Below, piece after piece: positions 1 through 48,267 of a DNA stretch of 64,000 nucleotides. Every line of letters starts with the position of its first letter. Position 1 is the stretch's first letter. Location of the stretch: NCBI GenBank assembly GCA_002269645.1, contig NIVC01000717.1:186001-250000 (forward strand), read 5' to 3'. Position numbers and translations under genes: made by a program. The DNA is from Macrostomum lignano. Its lineage: Eukaryota. Under the pieces are notes generated by a model that saw only the letters and a list, made by a program, of their open reading frames with translations, ran no database searches and was not told the origin of the DNA.

Positions 1-59
1 TCTACAACGAGTATACATCAGAGCTATAGCTCAATTTCTCAGATAGTTTTGACTTCAAA

Positions 60-520
60 ATGTTTCTGCCTCATCCTAGCAGCGACGCATGGCACTCTCT
101 CGCCGAGTCTGAGCAGATGTCATTGTGGTAGGTCGCTTCTCAGGAACAGTTTCGATGAAGTAGGATGGCGCGCTTGGAAAGATGCTGGGTACGGCATCAG
201 AAGTGAACCAAGCGTCGATTTTTCAGCTTCTTTGCTTGTCCATCTGCATATGCAAATGCCGGAGCGCTTACGGCTGGAGTTGGAGTACTGAGAGTTGGTT
301 ACAAATAACCTTTCAGAAAAATGCAGCGAGCAGATCCGGTAGTTGTGCTTTGGATCGCAGCGCAACTTCTCCAACTCTGCTGCTGTCCACTTTCGGGGAA
401 TTGCAGAGATCCATTTTCCCGAAGCTCCGGCTGTGTATATATTCTTTTTCCAGTTAGCAAGCTATGAAATACGAGAGGTGTTACAAAAGTTCGCGTACAA
501 ACTGCTCTAGCGAGAAATCG
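60..520 (-). pseudogene. Frameshifted THAP zinc-finger domain gene relic (possibly from a P-element-type transposase)
   Basis: Minus strand gives, across at least 2 frameshifts, VFHSL..PELRE(K)WISAIPRKW..RICSLHF..SDAVPSIFPSAPSY, i.e. the THAP motifs W..AI.R, CxxHF and AVPxIF; stops follow. Confidence 0.75.
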
Positions 521-598
521 ATAAGCAGCAGCATCATTTCATATTTTATGCCATTCCCCTAAACTTGTATAGCGGAGTGGCGTGGGGCGGGTGAGTGT

Positions 599-1432
599 CA
601 TGGAGGAAAGAATAGAATGGAGTGCTAATCTGAGCCAGTTATTTTTATCTCGCTCGATCTTCGCTTTTAACATCCCTTCCCCCCGTTCTTTCCTATTGGC
701 TCGTGACTACCATAGACAAAGTCTTTTTCGTCTCGATTTCGTTTTCGCCCCCTCGGAAAGTAACACCATCTGAAAGTAGTATCGTGGACTATATATGACT
801 ATAATGCCAGTGGATACAGCATGCGAAGCTTTGAGCAAAAATTCAATCTACTTGATTCTGTACATTCGGTCAATTCATTTTAAGATTCACTTGAATCTAA
901 AAACGTTATATTACTAAAATACATGATGCGTTATATTTTGCAGCGTATATACAAGAGTCGTTGTGTGACCGTACTATGTTATGACCGTACATACATAGAA
1001 ATTCAAAGGCAGCACTAAATTCTTTTGAAAAATAAACATTAAACTAATGGCTTTCAGTTTATGTAGTAACTACCAGAAATTTTTAACTTTAACTTAAAAC
1101 TTAAACTTAAAGAAACTTAACGTACAATAAACTTTTATCAATTTTTGTGAAATTAAATGCCTGATGATTCTGGCAGCGAAAGGCATGTCATTTTAGTTAA
1201 GCTACACAAAAAACTAAAACTCTGAAAAAAACATATTTTGACGTGAGCTCGCACTTTGGTGTGACATATTTTTCAGAGGGGGCGAAAACGAAATCGAGAC
1301 GAAAAAGACTTTGTCTATGGTAGTCACGAGCCAATAGGAAAGAACGGGGGGAAAGGGATGTCGAAAGCGAAGATCGAGCGAGACAAAAACAACTGGCTCA
1401 GATTAGCACTCCATTCTATTCTTTCCTCCATG
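599..1432. mobile_element. Non-autonomous DNA transposon (MITE), P-superfamily-like, about 160-bp TIRs
   Basis: Near-perfect inverted repeats 599-759 and 1271-1432 starting CATGGAGG; 8-bp direct repeat GTGAGTGT at 591-598 and 1433-1440; no internal ORF. Confidence 0.9.
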
Positions 1433-2119
1433 GTGAGTGTCCCTTCCTGGGGAGCGCAGCGACCATAGAGACTTCCCTGCCTTACTATTGCCTGCAAGGC
1501 AAGCAAGTTGATACTTCGGCCATAGACATCTGCACAATGAAGGATGCCAGCAGCAACCACTGCCATAGACTCTCAATTTTCAAAACTATTGTTGAATTTT
1601 TGAGCTTATTGAAATCATGCCATAAAAATCGAGTTCCATTTTCCCTCGTTATGCGCCGGGCCAAATCGATTGCTTCTGAATCGGAATAATTTTATAAAAA
1701 TACCCCACCCAGCCAACGGATTAGGCCAGGATCGGCTAACTCCGGCCCGCGAAGCCTCTCTATCTGGCCTTCGGGTCTCAATGTTTGTGTCTCTTCTCCC
1801 CTCTCCCCTCTCATCTCTCGACTCACCTCTCTCCCCTCTTCTCTCTCCACTCTTCCCTCTCTCTTCTCTCTTCCCTCTCCCCTCTTCTACCCCCTTCCTC
1901 TCTCCCATCTCCTTTCTTCCCTTTCCCTCCTTTCTCTCATGTCTCTTCTCCCATTTCATCTCTCGCCTCTCCTCTCTTACTCTTTTCTCTCTTATCTTCT
2001 CTCATCTTTCCACTCTCGTCTGGCCCGCAGCCAAGAGCAGGATTCTTAATCTGAGTCTTGAGGTAAAAAAGTCTGCCAACCCTGGGATTAGGCAGTGACC
2101 TTCACTATCTTTAACTTAC

Positions 2120-5100
2120 GGATTTTCCAACAGTTCTGGAACTGTAGGCATCCCAGATCTAATGGCATCTTCGGTTAAAATCGATTGAATAATATTCTCT
2201 GGAATTGGATAAAGAATTGAAAAGAAAACAAATTAAAATAATAAAAACAACAACCTTAAAACGCAACAACTCACTCAGATCAGTGGAGCAGGTCAGCGAG
2301 TGCGCGTCCACATAGGACGAAGTTAACACCTGACCAGTGGCCATTTCGTACAGGCAGTGGCCAAACGAATAAACGTCAATTTCTTCAAAAGATTTCAGAC
2401 GTTTCAACGACAGAACTCGTTGACGAAGCGAGCAGCTCAGGCCTAGCAGACCGTTCTCAAGGTCTGTCAGCTTGCAGCCGTTCTCAGATACAAGCACGTT
2501 TCCAAGGTGGAGATGTCCTGGGTAAAGCAGTTTGAGCATTGGATTTTACATGACTTGTTTAAGCATTGGACACGTGACTCCCTACTGACCCTGAAGACAC
2601 GTGACTCCCTACTGACCCTGAAGACACGTGACTCCCTACTGACCCTGAAGACACGTGACTCCCTACTGACTCTGAGGACACGTGACTCCCTACTGACCCT
2701 GAGGACACGTGACTCCCTACTGACTCTGAGGACATGTGACTCCCTGACCCTGAGGACACGTGACTCCCTACTGACTCTGAGGACACGTGACTCCCTACTG
2801 GCTCTGAGGACACGTGACTCCCTACTGACTCTGAGGACACGTGACTCCCTACTGACTCTGAGGACACGTGACTCCCTACTGACTCTGAGGACATGTGACT
2901 CCCTGACCCTGAGGACACGTGACTCCCTACTGACCCTGAAGACACGTGACTCCCTACTGACTCTGAGGACACGTGACTCCCTACTGACTCTGAGGACATG
3001 TGACTCCCTGACCCTGAAGACACGTGACTCCCTACTGACCCTGAAGACACGTGACTCCCTACTGACCCTGAAGACACGTGACTCCCTACTGACTCTGAGG
3101 ACACGTGACTCCCTACTGACCCTGAGGACACGTGACTCCCTACTGACCCTGAAGACACGTGACTCCCTACTGACTCTGAGGACACGTGACTCCCTACTGA
3201 CCCTGAGGACACGTGACTCCCTACTGACTCTGAGGACATGTGACTCCCTGACCCTGAGGACACGTGACTCCCTACTGACCCTGAAGACACGTGACTCCCT
3301 ACTGACCCTGAAGACACGTGACTCCCTACTGACCCTGAAGACACGTGACTCCCTACTGACCCTGAGGACACGTGACTCCCTACTGACCCTGAGGACACGT
3401 GACTCCCTACTGACCCTGAAGACACGTGACTCCCTACTGACCCTGAAGACACGTGACTCCCTACTGACCCTGAGGACACGTGACTCCCTACTGACTCTGA
3501 GGACACGTGACTCCCTGACTCTGAGGACACGTGACTCCCTAACTACTCAGAAGACACATGACCTTAAAAGTACACTACCTAAGAACACGTGACGTAGCCC
3601 ATAATCGATAACTCACCGTAGGCGAAGCCCTTCGAGTGCATAAACTTGAGTGCTTCAAGAATCTGCCGACCAAACGACTGGATCTGCGGCACACTGAGAC
3701 CGCCGCTAGGAGACGAAGCTCCTTTTTGTCGGCCGTACTTCTTTAGACAGTCCAACTTTGGCTTTGCCTATAAAAATTAAACCAGTATGTACATTAGAAC
3801 TTTAAAGTGTAAACGTGAAGTGTAACAGGTTAACAATCTTTTTAAGGCCCACCTTGTGCAGTAGGTCTCGAACTGAGCCGTGCCTTTCAAATTGTCTGAC
3901 GCAATAAAATCCGTGCTTAACGGCTCCGCAAATGTTGGCATTGGCAATGAATGGGTGCTAAAATTTCAGCATTAGAACAAGAAATAATAATAATGAACAA
4001 ACTACTTTACTGTAAGTAGAAAGTAAAGAAAAAATAGATAAAATTACGCTAATCGACGTTAGACAGGACACAACGGCAGCCGTGTCTTTCTGGTCCAAAT
4101 TGCAAAACGGTCCGTAGCCAACCTATATAAAAACGAAAAAAAATCTTTAAATGAAATTTAACTACTAAGAAAATATATTGAATAAACACTCACCCAAGTC
4201 ATCAGGTACTCATTCCTGTCCGTGGGCAGAGCACTCTCCGCAGTGAAATAAGTTTTACGAATTCTTGTTCCTGTAAATTGTAAATCATGACTCACTGAAA
4301 TTCAATGCCACTTTATAAGCTTCAAGTTTTAATAACTTACCCATAAACGAACAGGGTTGCAACACCTGAAAAGTGCTTTCGGATCTGAGAACCATCGACA
4401 CGTGTTGCAGTGACAGCTCTGTGAGGATGCAAGAGTGGAAAGAAATTATTGTTGATAAAGGAATAACAGCATGAGCATCTGGGAGGATGATGGTGACCTA
4501 GCAACTAAAGATCTGGGAGGCTGGCCCAGCAACTGAGGATCTGGGAGGCTGGCCCAGCAACTGAGAATCTGGGAGGCTGGCCCAGCAAATGAGGATCTGG
4601 GAGGCTGGCCCAGCAACTGAGGATCTGGGAGGCTGGCCCAGCAACTGAGGATCTGGAAGGCTGGCCCAGCAACTGAGGATCTGGGAGGCTGGCCCAGCAA
4701 CTGAGGATCTGGGAGGCTGGCCCAGCAACTGAGGATCTGGGAGGCTGGCCCAGCAACTGAGGATCTGGGAGGCTGGCCCAGCAACTGAGGATTTGGGAGG
4801 CTGGCCCAGCAACTGAGGATCTGGGAAGCTGGCCCAGCAACTGAGAATCTGGGAGGCTGGCCCAGCAACTGAAGATCTGGGAGGCTGGCCCAGCAACTGA
4901 GGATCTGGGAGGCTGGCCCAGCAACTGAGGATCTGGGATGCTGGCCCAGCAACTGAGAATCTGGGAGGCTGGCCCAGCAAATGAGGATCTGGGAGGCTGG
5001 CCCAGCAAATGAGAATCTGGGAAGGTGTCAGTCATATCAATTACCCTTTCTGAGACAAGCAACTCACCTTGATAGTTAAAGCAATAGTTATCAGGATCAA

Positions 5101-8100
5101 GGAACTGTTTCACTGGAAACGACTGCTCCAGGAGAGGAATGCTCAAGAGAACATTCACATAGTTTTGCAACTCTTTCTGCCTAGTAGCCACAAACTCCCT
5201 GCCCTTGTTGCCAACCCATTTCTTAGGTGGCAGTGGCAATTCATAGCCAGAAATTTTCAGTACATTGTCTAAACTGACAAAATCGTTGTAGCGTCGGTAA
5301 ACTTTCCACGAGTCTGAGTCACCTCTGTTTACCTTGAGGATGTACTCCTGTGAAAGTGAATACAATATGCAAATTAATTTATTTCATATTCATTTCATTT
5401 TATGAGGGTTTACTTTATAAAGAGTAAACATCTGGTAACATGAATAAAAAATTATGAAACAGCAATAATTTTAATTCTATTTGCAAATATATTTTCATAC
5501 AACCAAACCACAAACTTATCACATGTATTTACATACTTTTGGGCTAATCTGTGCTGTTATTAATGTTCAATAAGTTGTTTAACAATCACCATGCCAACGT
5601 CAATGAGCACAGAGCAATGAACTAATCTAAAATTTCTGGTCTGATTTAGAAAATTGCCCTCGAAAGCACTTGCACTGTTGCAACAAGTGTTGTTATGTAT
5701 GCTATGTATTGCTCCAGAGTTTTTCAGTGGCACAAGCAATTTGAGAAGGGGTGGGAAAGGGTTGAGGATGACACCAGGCGTGGAAGACCTTCAATGTCAA
5801 ATGTCAAAGGCATTGTCCACATAGAGTTTCTGTGCCAAGGCCAGACTATCAATCAGCATGTTTACAAGTACAAAGGCATCCTGCAGAAAAGACAAGAGAT
5901 GGATCTCGCAAATAGGAATGTCACAGTGCTAGACCTAGCTTCCATATTCACCCAATCTAGCTCCATGTGTTTTCCTATTTCCCAAAGCTCAAGGAGGTTC
6001 TCAAGGGTACTCAATTTCCTAATGTTGATAGGGGCCTACCATCAGAAGGGCCACAATGACAAAACTGCAAAGTATTTCCAAAGAAGCCTGGAGCAGAAGA
6101 ATGGACAAGTGCATTTGGCTCAGAGGGGGAGTACTTTGAAGGAGCCAGATTTGATTCTAATTGATTTTTGCTAATGAAGTTTCTGTGAGCCCAGTCCTAG
6201 GACTTTCTAACATATCTCATAAATCATTTTTTAAAAGTCTAATTCTACATACTATAAAACAACAAACAAGCAACAATTCTTTGTGCAATGCTTGACAATT
6301 AGATAAAAAAAGTTATGAGTTAAAATTTAAAAAATGTAAAATCAAACTAATTTGCACTTTTTGTTGATTTATTTTAAAGCCATAAAAATAGTGATTTTTA
6401 GAAAATAACTTTTCATATCTCTTATCACATGCCCTCTTTTTCTATGCTAGATATCTATCCCTTGCTACTCCCTACATATGCCTTGCACCTCCTTAATATA
6501 TAGGCCTCTATGTATTATGCTATTGCTAAACTAATCTATATTAAACACTATCTAAAAATTGCCATTGGCTGCAATATGGAATAAACCATTTAATTTTATC
6601 CAAAGTATAACCAAACCCCTTTCCTTTTTTATATCAATGCCACAATGCCATCTAACACATTTGGAACACTAAATAACCTAATATTTTTATTTTATAAAAC
6701 AATTGCTTAGTATATGATATATATTAGTTATAATAAGGAGTATTATTGTTAATTTAAACAAGAAAAAATTTAGTAGCAAAAAAGAAAATCAAACTAAAGT
6801 CAATAATAAGAAGTAGTCAATTAGTTAAAAAATTATATATAGGGCCTATAAAAATTAACTTTTAAGCAACAAAATAACCTGTTAAGTAATTAATACTAGT
6901 TAAAGTAAAACTTGTTAAATAAAATATATTGCAAAATGTCTTCTGTTTTTTATCTATAAAATGTCCTATAAAATTTTATCAAGAACAGGTGTTTAAAAGT
7001 TTAGGATATTTGGGTAAGCAGATAATGCATATTAGAAGGACCTACCTATACTGGCTATAGGTATTAAATATACAGGGTTGTTTAAATAAATCTAGAACAA
7101 TTTGTTTCACCTGCCAGAAATTTAAATTGAGTCGCACATCCTCGCCACTATAGCGAATTGTAGCCCTGCATCCCTGCCTTCTTTTGCATTCCAGCTTGTT
7201 ATTACTCCTGCTTCCTATTCATGGAAATTGATTGCCTAAAAATTATTATTGATTTGTTCCACATGGGACACACTCCTTTTCAAATTTCAAAGCTGCTTGG
7301 TTATCCCAAAAGCACCGTTTATGACATTGTTCATTGCTTTAAGTCAATTGGCAGTCCCGAAAGAAAGCTGCACACTGCTTGTCAGGATCAAATTCGGACA
7401 TCTAGCTTCCTAGTAAGACTGAAATGGTCAATTTAGGCAGCACCAGGCCAGCCATATCTGAGCTGGCCAAGAAGTAGACAGTCAGTCAACCAACAATCTC
7501 GCGAGCTGTCAATTGAGACCTCGGATGCCGCAGCTTCTTGCTGAAGATCCTGCAGCTGCTGATGTTGCAGCAGAAGATGGCCGAGTTGACAAATGCCACC
7601 AGCTCATTTCTTCTTTCAAGTCAATGGGTGGCCCCTTTCGCTTCTTCTTAGACAAGAAAATTTTTAAGATCAACTGCTTGCGCAACTCAGAATGATAAGT
7701 GGGTCTGCCAGGACATAGCTGAAGTGCCAGCTAACTGCTGGAGCAAGAAGCCAGTGTCTGTCATGGTCTTGGCCATCATCTCTAGCAACAGTCACGTAAT
7801 GCCGCCACACTTCTTTGGCCAAGGGGAGACCATGACCAAGGAGATATACCAGCGTATCCTAGAGGCAAAAGTAAAGCCATGGATAGACAAGGCAGCTGAT
7901 AAATGTCGAAACATCTTCTAGCAGGACTCTATGCTAGTCTACAAGTTAAGGCTTATCTAGCAGTGGTTGGCTGCCAATGTGCCACATTTTTGGCTGAGCT
8001 GTGTGTGGATGCCGAACAGCTTAGACTTAAACCTGTGCAACTTCTACTTGTGGGGCAGAGTCTAGCGGGCAGCTTGTGCCACTTTCCATGGCAACGTAGA

Positions 8101-8873
8101 CCAGCTGAAGGCTGCTAGTGCCATTAGGCAGCAAATAGCTGCCCTAGATTTTGCAGAGGTTGCAGGGGCTGTCTAAGCTTTTAGGCGCTGAGTTTAGCGA
8201 GTGTTGGCAGCTAGAGGCAGCCATATTGAATAAAATATGCAGCATATGATGTAGATTAACAAGAAACTAATTGTAGGTCCTATAGTTAATTTCTTAGAAT
8301 CATTCAAAGTTGTTCCAGATTTATCAGAATGACCCTATAAATCATTGTTTACTTATACTCATACTCCTTTTCAAATAAATTTAATATTACATTTCACTAA
8401 ATAATAAAAAATTAACCTATGCTAAATAGTTATATCAGTTATTATATATTTATCAATTATTATATATTGCAATATATAATAATTAATATATTAATAAATA
8501 TTAATTATATTTTAATTAAATATAATTGTTATATTTTAGTTTAATTTTAGTCTCAATATTTTAGCATATAGCTACCTCTTTAAATCATTAATTAAAACAC
8601 TGAAAATCTTAACCAAATAGCGAATACTAGGTCCCTCCCTAGGTATGATATACTTTATAACATTGGTATAAATTTAAAACTGATACCTCAAAATATACTT
8701 AAGAGGCAGTTTCAAGCAACTGTTTATAAACAGTTTCTGCTCCCGAGTCCCAACTAACTTCTTAAGACAATACTTACCACATATTCCTTTAGATCTTGGC
8801 TACCTTCTATTGAAACAGTAAGCTTATAGTAGTCATCCAAAATCTTGGACTCCGATGCACTAAAAAGGGCCAT
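2120..8873 (-). CDS. PXK: PX domain-containing protein kinase-like pseudokinase (PXK/MONaKA, Slob-like); 3' end unresolved
   Basis: GT-AG exons with consistent phases: 8873-8778 (MALFSASESKILDDYYKLTVSIEGSQDLKEYV), 5347-5068 (PX: RRYNDF..LPLPPKK..FLDP), 4418-4341, 4270-4194, 4122-4048, 3957-3853, 3767-3617, 2517-2275 (GHLHLGN..DLENGLLGL, pseudokinase substitutions for HRD/DFG), 2198-2120 (GMPTV). Tentative further exon 2072-2014. Colinear with human PXK as I recall it. Confidence 0.93.
2569..3592. repeat. 27-bp minisatellite (GACACGTGACTCCCTACTGACYCTGAR), about 36 copies, PXK intron
   Basis: Direct tandem units visible, with occasional 24-bp variants. Confidence 0.97.
4508..5025. repeat. 28-bp minisatellite (CTGAGGATCTGGGAGGCTGGCCCAGCAA), about 18 copies, PXK intron
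   Basis: Direct tandem units visible. Confidence 0.97.
5600..5885 (+). mobile_element. Internally deleted mariner transposase relic
   Basis: Degenerate MSTEQ*TNLKFLV..SRVFQWHKQFEKGWERVEDDTRRGRPS (mariner N-terminal HTH) is fused directly to VKGIVHIEFLCQGQTINQHVY (DDD core region). Confidence 0.8.
7073..8337 (+). mobile_element. Near full-length decayed Tc1/mariner element, maT (DD37D) type
   Basis: TA flanks; imperfect TIRs CAGGGT..ATAAATCTRGAACAA; relic ORF ISKLLGYPKSTVYDIV (HTH), SVMVLAIISS..VMPPHFF, QD-37 aa-(D>N) ending WMPNSLDLNLCNFYLWG; many stops. Confidence 0.85.
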
Positions 8874-9338
8874 AGTATATATATAACATACGTACAGAAG
8901 AGTATTTTTAAACCCTTTTTATATGGTATTTATAACTTTATGATTTTATATAACTGAAAAATGAAAAGCAAAACAGAACTCGCTTGATAAGTTCTTGGAA
9001 AGTCGATCATTTAACTAAACGCTAAAGAACTTGCATTACCTTAGTCTTTCATATGTTAACTTTTTTACATAGGATTTATAAAGTATTTTCTTTTGTTACT
9101 TTTTAAGTCACTTAGCTTTAGGACTTTACCAAATAAATACGAATACAGTTAAAGTAATTTGTTTACTTAAGCTGTATCGCTTCACTTTGCTAATTTAAAT
9201 TGCGAACAATAGGTAGGATTAAAAATATAGAAAGAAAATCTTTCAGTGTTCTCCCCTACTTAAGCAACATATCATTAATCATTTTCAATGTGATACTTTT
9301 ATATTCTGTCTTTATGCTTACTTAAGTTTGTGCTGGCC
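8874..9338. promoter_or_regulatory. Putative bidirectional promoter / 5' UTR region between PXK and tomosyn
   Basis: Only 465 bp separate two divergent start codons. Inferred from geometry; no transcription start site identified. Confidence 0.55.
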
Positions 9339-45937
<36,599 letters not shown>

Positions 45938-47066
45938 CTTTATAATTTAGAAGCACGATCAGTGTTACACTACACATTGTGTATCAATATTGTAGGATAT
46001 TGTTATTCGTGCTTAATTAAGTCTGTCTTGCCCCGGATATAATAACAACATTTTTATAACAGTGTTATCTGTTGTATGGTTTCAATATTTTTATAAAAAA
46101 TATTTAATACGACCAATTTTAGGCATGCACGGGCGTCACTAGTAATGTTAGCTAATAACAGAATAACAACGAAGCATATAGCAGCATATATTTTTTGTTT
46201 TAGTTAATTGGTAATCCTTGTAGTTAAACTGTTTGGTGTCACCCAATCAATAGTTTTATTTTGTTGATTTTTTTCTATTTCAACGTATGGTCCTTCATCC
46301 GCTTCTTTCTCGTGTTAATCGTTAAATTTTTGTTAATGCGTTGTGGTAAAATCGTTCCGGATTTTTAGAAATCTGTGAACGTTTAATCTCAGTAATATCA
46401 GTTCACACTTTTTTCCAGATTCATCCAATAAATACGTTAATATTAATTTCTAAAAATTAATTCGTCCTAAATTGTAACTATTTCGCGCTTATTAGCATTG
46501 AAATATTTCACTCATAATTACATCGTGAATTTTGCATTAATAACCGTTTTGATTGCAATTTACAAATTCTAGTTCTTGTTGTAGTTGCTGAAGATTGTTG
46601 TACACCATCTTCGCTATATTTTACTAGAAAAGCATAGTATATCTCCTAACTCCCTAAGCAGTTTGTGTACTTTCATTCCGCCATTTTTTATGCATAATTT
46701 ATTTAAAGTTGTAATTCTAGCAAGCTTGTACATTGTTGTTTAATTGTTATATAGATAACAGTTGATATTTTGTTCTGGAAAATATTTTTGTTCGTTGCAC
46801 ACGCTTACAAAGATTCCGTAATTTTCCTCTGATCTAAGTGATTATTTATTGTTTTTATTGCATTAGCAAGAAAGCGAGCTATTCTTGTAGTCAAACTTTC
46901 TTCGAAATTATTTTATTTCCATTATTAGAAGGTCGAAATTAATTTATACAATATACTAAAAAATCAAATTTCTCAATGCACTTTTGTGATGCAAAATTGG
47001 CTATAAATTCAATGTCACGCCCATAAAAATGTCGCCTGACAGTCAGGCTGGGTTACTGATTCAGTC

Positions 47067-47420
47067 TTTTTTATTTTTTATCAGACAGGGGTTGTGTGCA
47101 CCCTGGCGCACTTTAAGCGACATAGGCACACAACCGGCGAGAACTGCCCATTCCGCCGACTCCCCTGAGCAGGCATACAAGCGCGCGGATACGTACGCAG
47201 GCACACACTCACACAGGAGTGTACAGCGGCCCTAACTTTATTTATCGTTAGACATTTACACTTCACAGTTCCTTCGGGGTTGGACCCCAAGGACGTTACG
47301 AGCAGATCGAGCCAAGCCGAGATTCCAATTAGCCCCAAATTAATGTGAATGCACTTGGAATCGAGCTTGGGCCGCTGGCACATCAGAGCGCCGCGCCTAG
47401 ACCATTGGGCTACGGCCCCC
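47067..47420 (-). mobile_element. tRNA-derived SINE, family A, second copy
   Basis: Colinear and highly similar to 30507-30871. Confidence 0.88.
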
Positions 47421-47734
47421 TTATCGGCACTTTATTGCTTTTAATATTCTAGTCTTATGTTCAGTGGCTGGCAGACTAAAATACTGCCAACCTCTCTCCG
47501 TCTTTTTTATTACTGAGTTCAATTCAGCTTTCTGTCCTTGCCTCGATTCTCATTGGCTGACGCCAGTCACACCACCCTATAGCGCCGCCAACCTCACTAC
47601 GCTGTCGTTCTATCCCTCCAGTTTAATTGCTCGGCCCCTCACAGCAGTTCACAGCTTCAACCCTCTGTTCCTCTCCGCATTCTCATTGGCTATCGTTAGT
47701 CTGAAATCGATCTTCATTGATAATAGCTAGTGGC

Positions 47735-47835
47735 GCCGATTCAGACTGAGTGGTGCCAATTCGGATTGAGTGGCGCTGATTCGGCGCCGATTCGGATTGA
47801 GCGGCGCCGATTCGGATTGAGTAACACCGATTGAG
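47735..47835. repeat. Short about 20-bp repeat (GCCGATTCGGATTGAGTGG)
   Basis: 4-5 degenerate units. Confidence 0.75.
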
Positions 47836-48267
47836 TGTTAAAAACGGTTGCGCACAGAGAGATTTTGAAAAACAGCGTACTTTTAAAGTTAGATACATGT
47901 TCGATCTATAATTAGATTTCTTAAATAAGCGGTTTACTCGCAGTCAGGAATGTTGAAACTGATGCGCGCACAGGTGTACTATATAACTTTGTCGATGTCA
48001 CTTTCCAATTTAGGTAGAATAGCTAAAGGAATAAACACCCGACCAATCTGTTTAAAAATTAAATTTAACTATTCGAAGGCATCACCATACATCAGTTTAG
48101 TTACAGCTTGTCAACGCTAAATTTATCTAAAATAAATTTATCTATGCTGTCATCTTCTAAATTTATTAGCTCATTCCGACTACATAAAAACTCGCTCTGA
48201 AAAAAATTCTCATTAATAAAGCAACCTAATTTGAAAGGTTTTGTTTTAAATAAAACAAATCAGCTAT

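Noticed and set aside
1785-2098. Plus-strand exon after the CT-rich tract (CCCGCAG acceptor at about 2029)
   Set aside because: No partner exons or homology; it overlaps a plausible PXK exon on the opposite strand.
2507-3592. 361-aa and 323-aa repeat ORFs on both strands; likewise 59835-61451, 40367-41307, 34395-35620, 44061-44606, 55359-55670 and 57707-58558
   Set aside because: Products of tandem minisatellites with no domain content or splice support.
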